Assembly (NCBI GenBank): GCA_963785725.1
Contig: CAWAWS010000039.1
Location: 288,001-352,000, forward strand
Length of the DNA stretch: 64,000 nucleotides
Direction: 5' to 3'
DNA from: an uncultured delta proteobacterium
GTDB lineage: Bacteria > Myxococcota_A > Polyangia > Palsa-1104
Shown: positions 51,098-62,288 of the stretch, one piece after another
How the letters are laid out: every line of letters begins with the position of its first letter
Numbering within the stretch: position 1 is the stretch's first letter
Notes under the pieces: model-generated
Told to the model about the DNA's origin: nothing
Database searches by the model: none
What the model saw: only the letters and a program-made list of their open reading frames with translations
Position numbers and translations under genes: made by a program

Positions 51098-53039
51098 GTC
51101 TAGCCACTCTTTGTACGCGCTGAAGTCATAGTCGCGGCCGAGGAAGTCGTGCACGAGCTCGGCGGCCGGCTTCGATCCGCCGGGCTCGAGGACCGCGCGC
51201 CGATACTTCGTCGCCGGCGCCGGGTTGAGCAGCCCTTCGTGCTTGAAGACGCTGAACAGATCCTTGGCGATGACGAGCGACCACATATACGTGTAGTAGA
51301 TCGCCGAATAGCCATCGAGATGGCCGAACGACTCGTGGAAATAGGTGCCCTCGACGTACTTGAACGGCGTGTAGCGGTTCTGCAGCTCGGCCATGAGGTG
51401 CGTCGTGTCGAGCCCGCGCGGATTGCGCGCGTGGAACTCGAGGCTCGTCGCTGCGTAGAACATCTGCTGGCGCACCCAGAGGCCTTTGCCGTATTCGTCG
51501 GCGGCTTTGGCGCGCGTCAGCAGCTCCGCCGGCAGCGGCTCGCCTGTCTTGTAGTGGCGCGCGAACGTCTGCAGCGTCTCCAAGTCCCAGATCCACTCTT
51601 CGAGCATCTGCGACGGCGCTTCGACGAAGTCCCACTCCGTCGCCACGCCCGACTGCCCGAACCACTTGGTGTGGCCGCCGAGCACGTGATGCAGCAGATG
51701 GCCGAACTCGTGGAAGAACGTGCGCACCGAGCCGTGCTCCATCAATCCCGGCTCGGCCGCCGTCGGCCGCGGGAAGTTGCAGATGAGCAGACCCTCCGGC
51801 AGCTGCTTGCCGGCGACGCCGTTGGCCAACGTGAACTGCGCGTAGTGCTTGTACTTGCCTTCGCGCGGGTGCATGTCGAGGTAGATGCGACCCAATAGCG
51901 CGTCGCCGTCGCGCTCGTGCACGTCGTAGGCTTCGACGTCGGGATGCCACAGCGGCGCGTCCTCGACCTTCTGATAGCGAATGCCGAACATGCGCCCGGT
52001 GATGTCGAGGACGCCCTGTTTGACGCGCGCATATTCGAAGTAGGCGCGCATCGCCTGCGAGTCGAAGCCGTACTGCTCGGCCATGACGCGCTCTTGGTAG
52101 AAGGCCGAATCCCACGCCGCCACTTGCGTCGCCTGGGGATCGTCCTTTTGCTTGCGCGCCAAGAGCTGCGCGTAATCGCGCTGCGCCCGCGCTTCCGACG
52201 CCGCTGTAATGCGCGCGATGAACTCGCGACGCCGCCTGCGCCGAGCCGATCATCTTGTCTTCCGTCGCGTAGGCCGCCCAGCTCGGATAGCCGAGGATCG
52301 TCGCCAGCTCGTTGCGCTTCTCCAGCATGCGCGAGAGCACGTCGAGGTTCTTCGGGTGGCCGCGCAGTCGATAGAGCCGCCACAACTCCTCGCGCGCCTG
52401 GTTGCTCTTGGCGTAGGTGACGAACGGAATGTAGTCGGTATTATCGGTCGAGATCGTGACTTTGCCGTCGCTGTTGGCGGCGTGCGACGACTTGTAGTCC
52501 TCGGGCAGCCCTTCCAGATCGGCGGCGTCGACGAGCAGCGTGCGCACGTCGTCTTTGATGTTCTTGCCGAACTCTTGGCCGATCTTGAGCAGCTCTTCGC
52601 GCAGCTGCTTGACGCGCGTGCGCGTCGCTTCGTCCTTGTCGACACCCGAGCGCCGCAGATCGCGCAGCGTCTTGGCGACGTAATAGCGCGTCGATTGCTC
52701 CTGCTCGACGAGATCGATCGCCGCCAGCGTGTCGTAGATCCCGCGGTCGAGCGACAGCTCCGTCGCCAGCGCGTCGACCTCCTGCTCGCACTGATCGGCG
52801 GCGTCGCGCATCTTCTCGTCGGGATGCGAGTTGCGGCAGACGCTGGCGCGCGCCGCCGCGTCGCCGAGCGCGCCCATCGCGCGGTCGTAGGCCTCGAGCG
52901 CCGCGATCGGATCGCGCGGCATCGTCATTCCGTAGAGCGTCGCGATTCCTTGGCGGGCACGCGCCATGTCGGCGCGACAAGCAGCGATGAGTGAGTCGGG
53001 CGTCCCTACGAGAACGCGCGCGGCATCCGGAGTCGGCAT
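51089..53039 (-). CDS. M3-family oligopeptidase (thimet oligopeptidase-like), frameshift near 52225
   Basis: YLDMHPREGKYKH, FFHEFGH zinc motif, DFVEAPSQMLE, YYTYMWS; N-half lies in ORF 51126-53240. Confidence 0.9.
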
Positions 53040-53433
53040 CGCCACAATATAGGGTCCGTATAAAAGCGGCTGCAAGGGCGCAGTGCGCAATCGCCGTCGA
53101 GCCCGCCACGCCGCCAGCGTCTCGGCGAGGGCCGCGACGCCTCGTCGCAGCCGCGCGGGCAGACGCGTCAGATCGCGAATCAAGCCGAAAACGCGCATCT
53201 CGAAGCGGCTTCGATTCGCCGGACGGTCGGTCCGATTCATTCGCGAGTCGTTATCGGCCGCGCGAAGAATTCGTGGCTGGGTTTTCGCGAAATCAGTGGA
53301 GCGTCCGGAATTCGGTTGGCGCCGATCCGATTACCGGAAAGCGTCTCGCTTGCAGCGCTAGTGGTTTCAGGTGGTTGCGATTGGTACGCGGCGTGCTTTG
53401 TCGGAGGTCGAACCACAAACGAAGAGGTTGAAC

Positions 53434-53661
53434 ATGCGTACGCTCGCCATCGCTCTGGTCTCTTGTCTGCTCGCGATTCCGGTGTCGGCCTCGGCCGCGA
53501 CCCACGCGTCGAAGAAGCCGCAGCATCACGGTCGCGCGGCCAAGCACGCCAAGGCGAAGAGCAGCAAGAAGGCGCGCTCGCAGCACGCCGCGCGCAGCAG
53601 CCACAAGTCGTCGCCGGCGCACGCGTCGCGCGAGCACAAGGCTACGGCGAAACATTCGTAG
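53434..53661 (+). CDS. Small secreted Lys/His/Ala-rich basic protein
   Basis: GAGG RBS, MRTLAIALVSCLLAIPVSASA signal peptide, very basic mature part. Confidence 0.6.
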   Translation: MRTLAIALVSCLLAIPVSASAATHASKKPQHHGRAAKHAKAKSSKKARSQHAARSSHKSSPAHASREHKATAKHS

Positions 53662-54859
53662 TCGGCGCGGCGGCCTCGCCGTTGACGCGCGCCTCGACGA
53701 TGGCGACCAAGATCGGGAAGATCGTGGCCAGCGCCATCGACAGGAGGGCGACGCGCGGGATGCCGTCGAGCGTGCCGTCGGGCCGCTGGCGTAGCAGGCC
53801 GGTCGAGAACCAGGCCGCGAAGCCGGCCGTCGCGTGATAGACGGTCGATTGGATCGAGAGGAAGCGGGCGCGTTCGTAGGGACGCGGCACTTTCGAGGTC
53901 AACGCGTTGTAGGCGACGTTGCGGGCGCCGAGCGCCATCATGAACGTGACGTAGAACAGCATCACCGGCAGCGGCAACGGATGGACGAAGAAGAAGTAGC
54001 TGATGAGAAGGCCGATCGGCACGAAGATCAGCGTGATGCGCAAGGAGCTCGTGCGATCGACGAGCCGGCCGATCAGGCGCAGCGTGATGAAGCTGGCCGT
54101 GCCACCGACGGCGGTCAGATACTGATAGTGGTTGCGCGGGTAGCGCATGTTGGCCGTGAGGTAGGCCGGCAAGTTGGGGATGAGCACGAAGCCCGACGCC
54201 ATCAGCACCGCCGTCATGGCGTACGAGAGCCACACGATCGGCTGCGACAAGAGCTCGCGTAGGCTGGCCGCTTGCGGCTCCGTCTTGGCGAGATGCGAGC
54301 GCAGCGGCGGCAAGAGGAAGATCGCGCTCAGCGTCACGACGAGCCCGATGGCGGCGACGCTGAAGAACGGCATGCGCCAGCCCCACTTGCTCGACACCAT
54401 GACCGCGGCCGAGACGCCGACGATCTGCGCGACCGAGAAGGCGCCCATGACGGCGCCCATGGCTTTGCCGCGACGCGCGGGCGGGATGACGTCGGCGATG
54501 ATGGCGTAGGCGATCGAGGTCGCCGGGCCGCCGAACAGGCCGGCGACGACGCGGGCCAAGGTCAGCGTCGGCAGATCGTGGGCCAGGCCGCCGAAGAGCG
54601 TGCCGACGACGAGGCCGAGCATGGCGACGGCGAGCGCCGAGCGGCGGTCGAAGCGGTCGAGGAAGAAGCTGCCGAGCAGGCCGGAGAGGGCGGCGGCGGG
54701 GCCGTAGCCGGCGACGATCTTGCCGAGCTCGGACGTGGGAATGCCGAGCGCGTGCGCGAAATCGGGGCCCAGCGGCATCACCATCGTGAAGTCGAGGACG
54801 TTCACGAATTGGACGGCGCCGACGAGAAAGACGACGCGCCGCTCGGAGACGTTGAGCAT
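53642..54859 (-). CDS. MFS transporter
   Basis: LDFTMVMPLGP, DRFDRR motif A, RRGKAMG; about 12 TM. Confidence 0.9.
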   Translation of the reverse strand: MLNVSERRVVFLVGAVQFVNVLDFTMVMPLGPDFAHALGIPTSELGKIVAGYGPAAALSGLLGSFFLDRFDRRSALAVAMLGLVVGTLFGGLAHDLPTLTLARVVAGLFGGPATSIAYAIIADVIPPARRGKAMGAVMGAFSVAQIVGVSAAVMVSSKWGWRMPFFSVAAIGLVVTLSAIFLLPPLRSHLAKTEPQAASLRELLSQPIVWLSYAMTAVLMASGFVLIPNLPAYLTANMRYPRNHYQYLTAVGGTASFITLRLIGRLVDRTSSLRITLIFVPIGLLISYFFFVHPLPLPVMLFYVTFMMALGARNVAYNALTSKVPRPYERARFLSIQSTVYHATAGFAAWFSTGLLRQRPDGTLDGIPRVALLSMALATIFPILVAIVEARVNGEAAAPTTNVSP

Positions 54860-54961
54860 CGGTCGGCAAATTGTAAGATGCCGGCCGGAGGAATCCATGA
54901 TGCTGTTGCGATCGCGGCACGATTACCGGCAGATCGGCGACGATTTGCCCGCGGTGACGCG

Positions 54962-56665
54962 ATGACGGCGCGGGCCAAGGCGACGGCGACGTACGATTAC
55001 GTCGTCATCGGGGCCGGCTCGTCGGGCTGCGTCGTGGCCGGACAGCTCGCCGCCGACGGACGCACGCGCGTGCTGCTGCTCGAGAGCGGGGCCGCCGCCG
55101 AGGAGCATCCGGAGACGTTGGCGGCGGCTGGGTACAAACAAGCGTTCATCAACGACGCGCTCATGTACGACCGCTATTCGGCGCCACAAGCCGAGTGCGG
55201 CAACCATCGGCTGTTCGTCGGCAGCGGGCGCGGCGTCGGCGGCTCGGGCGCCGTCAACGCCATGGTCTACACGCGCGGCAGCCGGCACGACTACGAGATG
55301 TGGGGCTGCGATGGCTGGCGCTGGAACGACGTCGTGCCCGCGTTCGAGCAGCTCGAGGCGCGACTGCATGTCTCGCGCAAGCCGCCGACGCGCTGGACCG
55401 AAGCGTGCATCGACGCCGCCGAGCAGGCCGGATTTCGCCGCAAAGAGGACCTCAACGACGGGACGCTGGGCGGCTTTCTCGGCTACGAGTGGATGAACAT
55501 CGAAGGCGAGGCGCGGCGCAACTCCTACGTCGCCTTCGTCAAGCCGCTGGCCGGGCGCGCCAACTTGACGCTGCAGACGCGGGCGACGGTGCGGCGGATT
55601 CTGCTCGAGTCCGGCGGTCGCAGAAGCGACATCGCGCCGCGCGCGGCCGGCGTGCAGCCGCGCGCGGTCGGCGTCGAATACGATCGCGACGGCTTCGTGA
55701 CCGAGGCCTACGCGACGCGCGAAGTCGTCGTGTGCGCGGGCGCGCTCGAGACGCCAAAGCTGCTGATGTTGTCGGGAATCGGGCCCGCCGACGAGCTGCG
55801 CGCGCATGGGATCGAGGTCGTCGTCGAGTCGCCGCACGTCGGGCGCAACTTGATGGACCATCCCAACGTGCAGGTGTTCTTCCGCGGGCGGCAGCCGACC
55901 GATTGCGACTGGGCGCAGCTGTACGGCTTTCATCGCGCCAACGCGGCGACCGAGCTGAAAGCGGGCGAGCCCGACAGCTGCTACGTCTTTTACAGCGCGC
56001 GCTCCTCATTCCGCGAGGGCGCGATCCGAATTTTGCCGGGGATCGCGCTGCCGCAGCCGCTCTATCGGCAGGCTTGGCTGCGCGATGGATTTCGCCAGGC
56101 GTTGAAGGGCGTGTTCGCGTTACCGCCGGTGCGCTCGTTCGTGCAGCGGATGTACGGCGTCGTCGTCATCCTCGGCAAGCCGAAGAGCCGCGGTCGCGTC
56201 GGGCTGGCGTCGCGCGACGCGACGGTGGCGGCGCACGTCGACCTCGGCTACTTCACGGCGCCCGAAGACCTGCAGACGCTCGTGCACGGCGTCGAGCTGG
56301 CGCGGCGCGTGGCCGCGGCGCCGGCGTTGGCGGCGTGGGGGAATCGCGAGCTGTTGCCGGGCGCGCGCGTGGCGTCGCCGGAGGCGGTGGCGGCGTGGAT
56401 TCGCGCCAACGTCATGACGACGTATCACTTCGCGGGCACGTGCAAGCTGGGGACGGGCGCCGACAGCGTCGTCGACGCCGAGCTGCGCGTGCGCGGCGTG
56501 CGCGGGCTGCGCGTCGCCGATGCGTCGGTGATTCCGTCGGTGCCGGTGTCGGCGCTGAACGCGCCCAGCATGATGATCGGCTGGCGCGCGGCCGAGCTCC
56601 TGCGCGCGGCCGAGCGGTCGCGGCCGAGCGGTCGCGCGGCGTCGGTCGCCGCCGTCGAAATTTAG
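54962..56665 (+). CDS. GMC oxidoreductase (choline dehydrogenase-like)
   Basis: YDYVVIGAGSSG, GGSGAVNAMVYTRG, LMLSGIG, YHFAGTCKLG, LRVADAS. Confidence 0.92.
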   Translation: MTARAKATATYDYVVIGAGSSGCVVAGQLAADGRTRVLLLESGAAAEEHPETLAAAGYKQAFINDALMYDRYSAPQAECGNHRLFVGSGRGVGGSGAVNAMVYTRGSRHDYEMWGCDGWRWNDVVPAFEQLEARLHVSRKPPTRWTEACIDAAEQAGFRRKEDLNDGTLGGFLGYEWMNIEGEARRNSYVAFVKPLAGRANLTLQTRATVRRILLESGGRRSDIAPRAAGVQPRAVGVEYDRDGFVTEAYATREVVVCAGALETPKLLMLSGIGPADELRAHGIEVVVESPHVGRNLMDHPNVQVFFRGRQPTDCDWAQLYGFHRANAATELKAGEPDSCYVFYSARSSFREGAIRILPGIALPQPLYRQAWLRDGFRQALKGVFALPPVRSFVQRMYGVVVILGKPKSRGRVGLASRDATVAAHVDLGYFTAPEDLQTLVHGVELARRVAAAPALAAWGNRELLPGARVASPEAVAAWIRANVMTTYHFAGTCKLGTGADSVVDAELRVRGVRGLRVADASVIPSVPVSALNAPSMMIGWRAAELLRAAERSRPSGRAASVAAVEI

Positions 56666-56684
56666 TCGGGAATTTGCGGAGAGA

Positions 56685-57977
56685 CTAGTTGCGGCCGAGC
56701 GCCTGCACCAGCTGCGCGCGCGCCGTCGACACGTTGAAGTCGGCCTGCACCTTCTGCGCGGCCGCCGTCGTGTACGCGACCTGCGCGTCGCCGAGCTCGA
56801 TGATGCTACCGACGCCCGCGGTGTAACGCCCTTCGGCCAAGCGCAGCTGCTCCTTGGCGTTGACGACCGCCTCTTCGGCGGCGACGACGGCGATCTTGCT
56901 CGCCTTGACCGCGAGCCGCGCCTGGTCGACTTGCAGTCGCGTCTGCTGGCGCACGAGCTCACGGTTGGCGATGACGCCGTCGAGGTTCGCCTTCTGCTCC
57001 TTGACCGTGTACCAAGTGAGGCCGCCCTGAAACAGCTGCCAGTTGATGCCGAGCGAGAACGTCCAGTTCCAGCCCAAGTTGCTCAGATCGACGCCGCCGT
57101 CGGTGAAGCCGGTCGACGCCGTCAGCGTCGGGCCGTAGGCCGTCTTCGCCGCCCACACGGCCAGCTCCTGCGCCTTGACCTGCTTGTCGAGGCTGACGAA
57201 CTCGGGGCGATTCTGCAGCGCCTCGTTGAGCAGCGGATCGAGGGGCTGATCTTCGCCCGCCACCGCGCCGATGCTCTCGTCGGCGACGTCGTAGCCGGTG
57301 TCGCGCTCGACGCCCATCGACTGATTCAGCGTCGCCTTCGCCACTTCGTAGTTGTTCTCCGCCTGAATCAGCTGCACGCGGGCGTTGGCCACGTTGGTGC
57401 GCGCCGTCGCCAGCGCGATCTCCGGCTGCGTGCCGACTTTGACCTGCCCGTCGGTCTGCTGCAGATGCTTGTCCTGGTTCACCAGCGTGTCGCGCGCGAC
57501 GCCGACGAGCGCCTTGTCGGCGACGGCCGTGAAGTAGCTCGAGCGCACCGTCAACGTCACCGACAGCTTGGTGGCGCGCTCGGTGGCTTCGACGCTCTCG
57601 GCGGTGGCGACGTTCTGCCGCCAGCGCGCGAATTGACCGCTGCCGTCCCACAGCGTCTGCTGCGCCGTGATGCCGAAGTTCCAGTGGTTGAGCGTGTTCC
57701 ACGAGTCGAGGGACGCGGTCGACCCGGTGCCGCCGCCGAAGCCGGCCACGGCCGCCGCGCCCGGCTGCTGATTGGCCGTCGAGCGCGTGTAGGTGGCGCT
57801 GCCGCTCACCTGCGGCAAGAGCGGCGCGCGCGCCTCACCGGCACGCGCGTAAGCGACGTCGGTGTTGGCATGCGCCGCCAACAGCTGCGGCTGATTCTTC
57901 GCGGCCGTCTGCACCGCTTGATCGAGCGTCAGGACCTGCGTCGTAGCGAGAAAGACCGTGATCGCGAGATTCATCAT
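56685..57977 (-). CDS. TolC-family outer membrane efflux protein
   Basis: LTLDQAVQTA, LLPQVS, WQLFQGG, RYTAGVGS. Confidence 0.9.
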   Translation of the reverse strand: MMNLAITVFLATTQVLTLDQAVQTAAKNQPQLLAAHANTDVAYARAGEARAPLLPQVSGSATYTRSTANQQPGAAAVAGFGGGTGSTASLDSWNTLNHWNFGITAQQTLWDGSGQFARWRQNVATAESVEATERATKLSVTLTVRSSYFTAVADKALVGVARDTLVNQDKHLQQTDGQVKVGTQPEIALATARTNVANARVQLIQAENNYEVAKATLNQSMGVERDTGYDVADESIGAVAGEDQPLDPLLNEALQNRPEFVSLDKQVKAQELAVWAAKTAYGPTLTASTGFTDGGVDLSNLGWNWTFSLGINWQLFQGGLTWYTVKEQKANLDGVIANRELVRQQTRLQVDQARLAVKASKIAVVAAEEAVVNAKEQLRLAEGRYTAGVGSIIELGDAQVAYTTAAAQKVQADFNVSTARAQLVQALGRN

Positions 57978-59203
57978 TCATACCGGAGCGCGTCGATAGG
58001 GTCGAGTTGCGACGCCTTCCACGCGGGATAGAGGCCGAAAATGACGCCGACGGCCGCCGAGAATGCGACGGAGATGACGATGACGTCGGGACGAATCAAT
58101 ATCGGCCAGCCCAACTTCGAACCCACTATGCGCGCGGCGCCGATGCCGATCGCGATGCCCATGATGCCGCCCAGCGTCGACAGGCTGAGCGCTTCGACGA
58201 GGAATTGCAGCAGAATGTTGCGCGGCTTGGCGCCGACCGCCATGCGCAGGCCGATCTCGCGCGTCCGCTCGGTGACGCTGACGAGCATGATGTTCATGAT
58301 GCCGATGCCGCCGACGAGGAGCGACACGCCGGCGATGCAGCTGAGCAGCCAGGTCATCGTCTTCGTGCCTTGCGCCTGCGAGTTGGCGAGCTCGGTCAAG
58401 TTGCGCACGAAGAAGTCGTCGTCGGAGCCGAAGGCCAAGTGGTGCCGGTCGCGCAAGAGGTTCGAGATCTGCGACTCGGCGCGCGCGGTGTCGCCTTGCG
58501 AGGTCGCGCCGACGTAGATGGTGCCGCTCAGGTAGTTGTGTAAGCCGCCCTGAATCTTGCTGCCGAAGGTCGAGTAGGGCACGTAGACGGCATCGTCGTA
58601 GTCTTGGCCCATCGCCGACTGGCCTTTGCGCGCGAGCACGCCCACGACCTGGAACGGGATGTTCTTGATGCGCACGACGCTGCCGATCGGATCCGAGTTC
58701 TCGCCGAACAGCTTGTCGACGACGGTCTGGCCGAGCACGGCCACTTTCGTGCCCGTTTCGATGTCACCGTCGGTGAGCGGCGCGCCGCGCGACACCGGCC
58801 AGTTGCGAATGGCGAAGTAATCGGGCGACGTGCCTTGCACTTGCGTCGTCCAGTTTTGATCCTCGCTCATCACCTGCGCCGACGTGCGCAAAACCGGCGC
58901 CGCGTAACGCACGGTCGCGATCTCCGACTGCATCGCGCGCCAGTCGTCCCAGGTCAGCGTCGAGCCCGAGCCGTTGCCGCCGCGCGCGCCGCCGGCGTTG
59001 GTCGTGCCCGGCTGGACGATGAGCAGGTTGGAGCCCATCGCGGCGAAGGTCTCCTCGATGTTGGCCTTCGCGCCTTCGCCGATGGCGACCATGGTGATGA
59101 CGGCGCCGACGCCGATGATGATGCCGAGCGTCGTCAGGAACGAGCGGATCTTGTTGCGCAAGAGCGCACGCAAAGCGACCCGCAGCGTCTGAAAAATGCT
59201 CAT
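57974..59203 (-). CDS. macB: MacB-type ABC permease
   Basis: RSFLTTLGIIIGV, GGIGIMNIMLVSVTERTREIG, LDPIDALRYE. Confidence 0.92.
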   Translation of the reverse strand: MSIFQTLRVALRALLRNKIRSFLTTLGIIIGVGAVITMVAIGEGAKANIEETFAAMGSNLLIVQPGTTNAGGARGGNGSGSTLTWDDWRAMQSEIATVRYAAPVLRTSAQVMSEDQNWTTQVQGTSPDYFAIRNWPVSRGAPLTDGDIETGTKVAVLGQTVVDKLFGENSDPIGSVVRIKNIPFQVVGVLARKGQSAMGQDYDDAVYVPYSTFGSKIQGGLHNYLSGTIYVGATSQGDTARAESQISNLLRDRHHLAFGSDDDFFVRNLTELANSQAQGTKTMTWLLSCIAGVSLLVGGIGIMNIMLVSVTERTREIGLRMAVGAKPRNILLQFLVEALSLSTLGGIMGIAIGIGAARIVGSKLGWPILIRPDVIVISVAFSAAVGVIFGLYPAWKASQLDPIDALRYE

Positions 59204-59234
59204 GGGCGCGGCACCCTGTCAGCTCGCCGCGCGC

Positions 59235-59996
59235 TCACGCCGTCACCTTCGGCGCGGCCGCGGCGTCGTCGTCGGGCGAGGGCAGCTCGCGCGCCGCTTT
59301 GGCGGCGTCGCGCGGCTGATGGCGCGTGTCCGACTGCACGCGACCGTCGCGCATGACGATGACGCGCGCCGCGAACTCGGCGATGTCCGGCTCGTGCGTG
59401 ACCAGCACGACGGTGATGCCGTCGCGACCGAGCTGCTGAAACAGCGCCATGACCTCGAGGCTGGTCTTCGAGTCCAAGTTGCCGGTCGGCTCGTCGGCGA
59501 GGATCACCTTTGGCTTGGCGACGATGGCCCGCGCGATGGCCACGCGCTGCTGCTGCCCGCCCGACAGCTGCGCCGGGTGATGGTCGAGCCGCTTGCCGAG
59601 CCCCACCGTCTTCAGCGCTTCGATCGCCCGTTGCACGCGCTCTTTGGTGCCGACGCCTTGATAGAGCAGCGGTAGCTCGACGTTCTCCACCGCCGTCGTT
59701 CGCGACAACAAGTTGAAGCTCTGGAAGACGAAGCCGAGCGTGTGATTGCGAATGTCGGCCAGCTCGTCGCGGGTCATGCGCGACACGTCTTTGCCGTCGA
59801 GCAGGTAGTGGCCTTGCGTCGGTCGATCGAGGCAGCCGACCAGGTTCATGATCGTCGATTTGCCGGAGCCGGAGCTGCCCATGATGGCGACGAACTCGCC
59901 CGCCTCGATGTCGAAGCTGACCCCGCGCAGAGCGTGCACGTCGACGTCGCCCATGTGGTACGTCTTGTGGACGTCCTGCAGCCTGAGCAGCGCCAT
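59235..59996 (-). CDS. MacB-type ABC ATP-binding subunit
   Basis: [34 protein letters not shown] 59996. Confidence 0.93.
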   Translation of the reverse strand: MALLRLQDVHKTYHMGDVDVHALRGVSFDIEAGEFVAIMGSSGSGKSTIMNLVGCLDRPTQGHYLLDGKDVSRMTRDELADIRNHTLGFVFQSFNLLSRTTAVENVELPLLYQGVGTKERVQRAIEALKTVGLGKRLDHHPAQLSGGQQQRVAIARAIVAKPKVILADEPTGNLDSKTSLEVMALFQQLGRDGITVVLVTHEPDIAEFAARVIVMRDGRVQSDTRHQPRDAAKAARELPSPDDDAAAAPKVTA

Positions 59997-59998
59997 GG

Positions 59999-61270
59999 TT
60001 AGAACCGGCCGAACCCCGGCGGTCGACCGTTGCCCGGACCGTTCGCCGCCGCCTTGCCGCTGCCGGGGTTGGCGAGATCGGTGATGACCTGATCGCCTTC
60101 GTGCACGTCGCCTTCGACGATCTCGGTGACCGAGCCGTCGCTGATGCCGATGCGGATCGGCACCTGAGCCGCCGCCTCGTTGCGCAACAGCCAGATCTGC
60201 CGCTTGTCGCTCGCCTGCGAATGATCGCGCTTGTGTCCGCCCGGACCGCTCGAACCGCCGCCCGGCGGACGCACCGCCGCCGACGCCGTTCCCGACGATG
60301 ACGCCGCGGCGTTCACGGCCTCCGGCGGCTTGAAGCGCATGGCCGAGTTCGGCACCTTCAGCACGTCGCTCTTCTCGGCCCACACGAACGTCACGTTCGC
60401 GGTCATGCCGGGCTTTAGCTTCAGCTCTTTGTTGTCGACGTCGATGACCGCGTCGTAAGTCACGACGTTCTGCACCGTCTGCGCCGCGTTGCGGATCTGC
60501 CGCACTTTGCCGCGGAAGCGCTCGTTGGGATAGGCGTCGACGGTGAAGATCGCCGGCATGCTCGGCAACAGCTTGCCCACGTCCGACTCGGCCACGCTGG
60601 TATCGACCTGCATCTTCGTCAGATCTTGCGCGATCGTGAACAGCGTCGGCGCCGACAACGAGGCCGCGACCGTCTGCCCGACGTCGACGCTGCGCGAAAT
60701 GACCGTGCCGTCGGTGGGCGACTCGATCGTCGTATAGGCGAGGTTCGTCAGCGCCTGATGCAAGTTCGCCTTCGCCTGCGCCAGCTGCGCCTCTTGCACC
60801 GCGATGTTGGCGTTCGCCGAATCCGCCGCCGCCTCCGCCGTCTCCAAATCCTGCTGCGCGATGAGGTTCTGCGCGCGCAGCTGTCGACTGCGCAGCCGCT
60901 GCAGATCGAGGCTCTTGAAGTTGACCTTCGCTTGCTCGACCTGCGCCACTTCCTGCGCCATCGACGCCTTGGCCTGCTCGACGGCCGCCTGAAACAGCTG
61001 CGGATCGATCTTGGCGATGAGCTCGCCCTTTTTCACCGGCGAGTTGAAGTCCGCGTGCAGCTCCGCGATGCGACCCGACACCTGGCTGCCGACCTGGACC
61101 GTCACCAACGCCGACAGCGTGCCCGTCGCGGTCACCTTCGAGCTGATGTTGCCGCGCGTGATGGCCGTCGTCTCGTACTTCGTGGGCGCAGGCTTGGCGT
61201 GACGCTCGTAGTAAATGCCGCCCGCGGCGACAGCGAGAAGGATCACACCGATCACGGCCCAGCGACTCAT
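59999..61270 (-). CDS. macA: MacA-like periplasmic adaptor
   Basis: VQVGSQVSGRI, SPTDGTV..GQTVAASLSAPTLF, LKPGMTA. Confidence 0.9.
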   Translation of the reverse strand: MSRWAVIGVILLAVAAGGIYYERHAKPAPTKYETTAITRGNISSKVTATGTLSALVTVQVGSQVSGRIAELHADFNSPVKKGELIAKIDPQLFQAAVEQAKASMAQEVAQVEQAKVNFKSLDLQRLRSRQLRAQNLIAQQDLETAEAAADSANANIAVQEAQLAQAKANLHQALTNLAYTTIESPTDGTVISRSVDVGQTVAASLSAPTLFTIAQDLTKMQVDTSVAESDVGKLLPSMPAIFTVDAYPNERFRGKVRQIRNAAQTVQNVVTYDAVIDVDNKELKLKPGMTANVTFVWAEKSDVLKVPNSAMRFKPPEAVNAAASSSGTASAAVRPPGGGSSGPGGHKRDHSQASDKRQIWLLRNEAAAQVPIRIGISDGSVTEIVEGDVHEGDQVITDLANPGSGKAAANGPGNGRPPGFGRF

Positions 61271-61333
61271 CGACGGGAATGTACCCTGTCCCGATGTGTC
61301 AGCAAGACCCTTTACGACCTCTTTACACCTGCT

Positions 61334-62170
61334 TCACACTCCTGAACGGGCACGCAATAAATCGGCGAGCGCGGCGAAATCGCGCACGATCCGGCCGTAT
61401 AACGGCCGCGCGGGCCACGCGCCGCTGCCGCCGAAAATGAGGTCGGCGCCGACGTGCCGACACGCGACGCCGATGTGCTCGGCTTGCCGCGCCAGATCGG
61501 CGCCGTTGCTCGACAGCGCCGACGCCGACAGCGCCACCAACTGCGGGCGCGCGTCGGCGATGGCGGCGACGACGTCGGCGATGGGCGCGCTGCGGCCGAT
61601 CCAATTGGGCTGCCAGCCGCGCTCGCGCAAGCAGACCTCGACGAGCGACAGCCCGAGCGTGTGCTCGTCGCCTTCGGCCGCAGCCAACAGGCACTGCGGC
61701 GCGTCCGTCGCCGGGATCGCGGCCGGCATCCAATCGCCGAGGCGCGACAAGGCGCGGCTCAATCGCTCGCTGGCGCGATGCTCGTCGGTGACCGAGATTT
61801 CGCCGCGCTCCCAGCGCCGGCCGAGCTCGTGCAACGCCGGACCCAAGCGCTGGCACACGCGCCACCAGCAGCCGAGCTCGGCGCGCGTCGTCAGCAGCGT
61901 CGCTTCCAGCATCAGCGGCGGGCGCGCCGCCAAAAGCTCGTCGACCCACGCCGCAGCGTCGCGGCCGCCGACCGTCGGCGATGCGACGGTCGCCACGTCC
62001 GCGGCGTGCGCCGCGCGAAAGTGATCGATCGCCGCACGCCGAAAGCGCCGGTGCTGTCCGGCCGTGCGCACGCACGGCAGCGCGCCGGCGTCGGCCCAAC
62101 GTTTGACGCTGGCGGCGCTCACGCCGAGGAGCTGAGCGACCTCGGCGCTCGACAGCAGCGGCTCGTTCAT
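61334..62170 (-). CDS. CarH/LitR-like regulator: HTH + cobalamin-binding domain
   Basis: EVAQLLGVSAASVKRWAD HTH; W-x9-EH (WERGEISVTDEH); EGDEHTLG. Confidence 0.85.
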   Translation of the reverse strand: MNEPLLSSAEVAQLLGVSAASVKRWADAGALPCVRTAGQHRRFRRAAIDHFRAAHAADVATVASPTVGGRDAAAWVDELLAARPPLMLEATLLTTRAELGCWWRVCQRLGPALHELGRRWERGEISVTDEHRASERLSRALSRLGDWMPAAIPATDAPQCLLAAAEGDEHTLGLSLVEVCLRERGWQPNWIGRSAPIADVVAAIADARPQLVALSASALSSNGADLARQAEHIGVACRHVGADLIFGGSGAWPARPLYGRIVRDFAALADLLRARSGV

Positions 62171-62288
62171 GACCTAGCTCTGAACGATTTGAGCGATTTT
62201 GGCAACCGATTCGTTACTCCAAAGACGCAGATAGGCTTGCTAGTGCACGAATTAGGCGCAATATATTCGTTCAAATCGTGCAGACAAA

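Noticed and set aside
53405..53435. Outlying array copies (AGGTCGAACCA, AGGTTGAACAT); also TGGTTATCCA at 3241
   Set aside because: Two or more mismatches or wrong length, isolated; compatible with chance.
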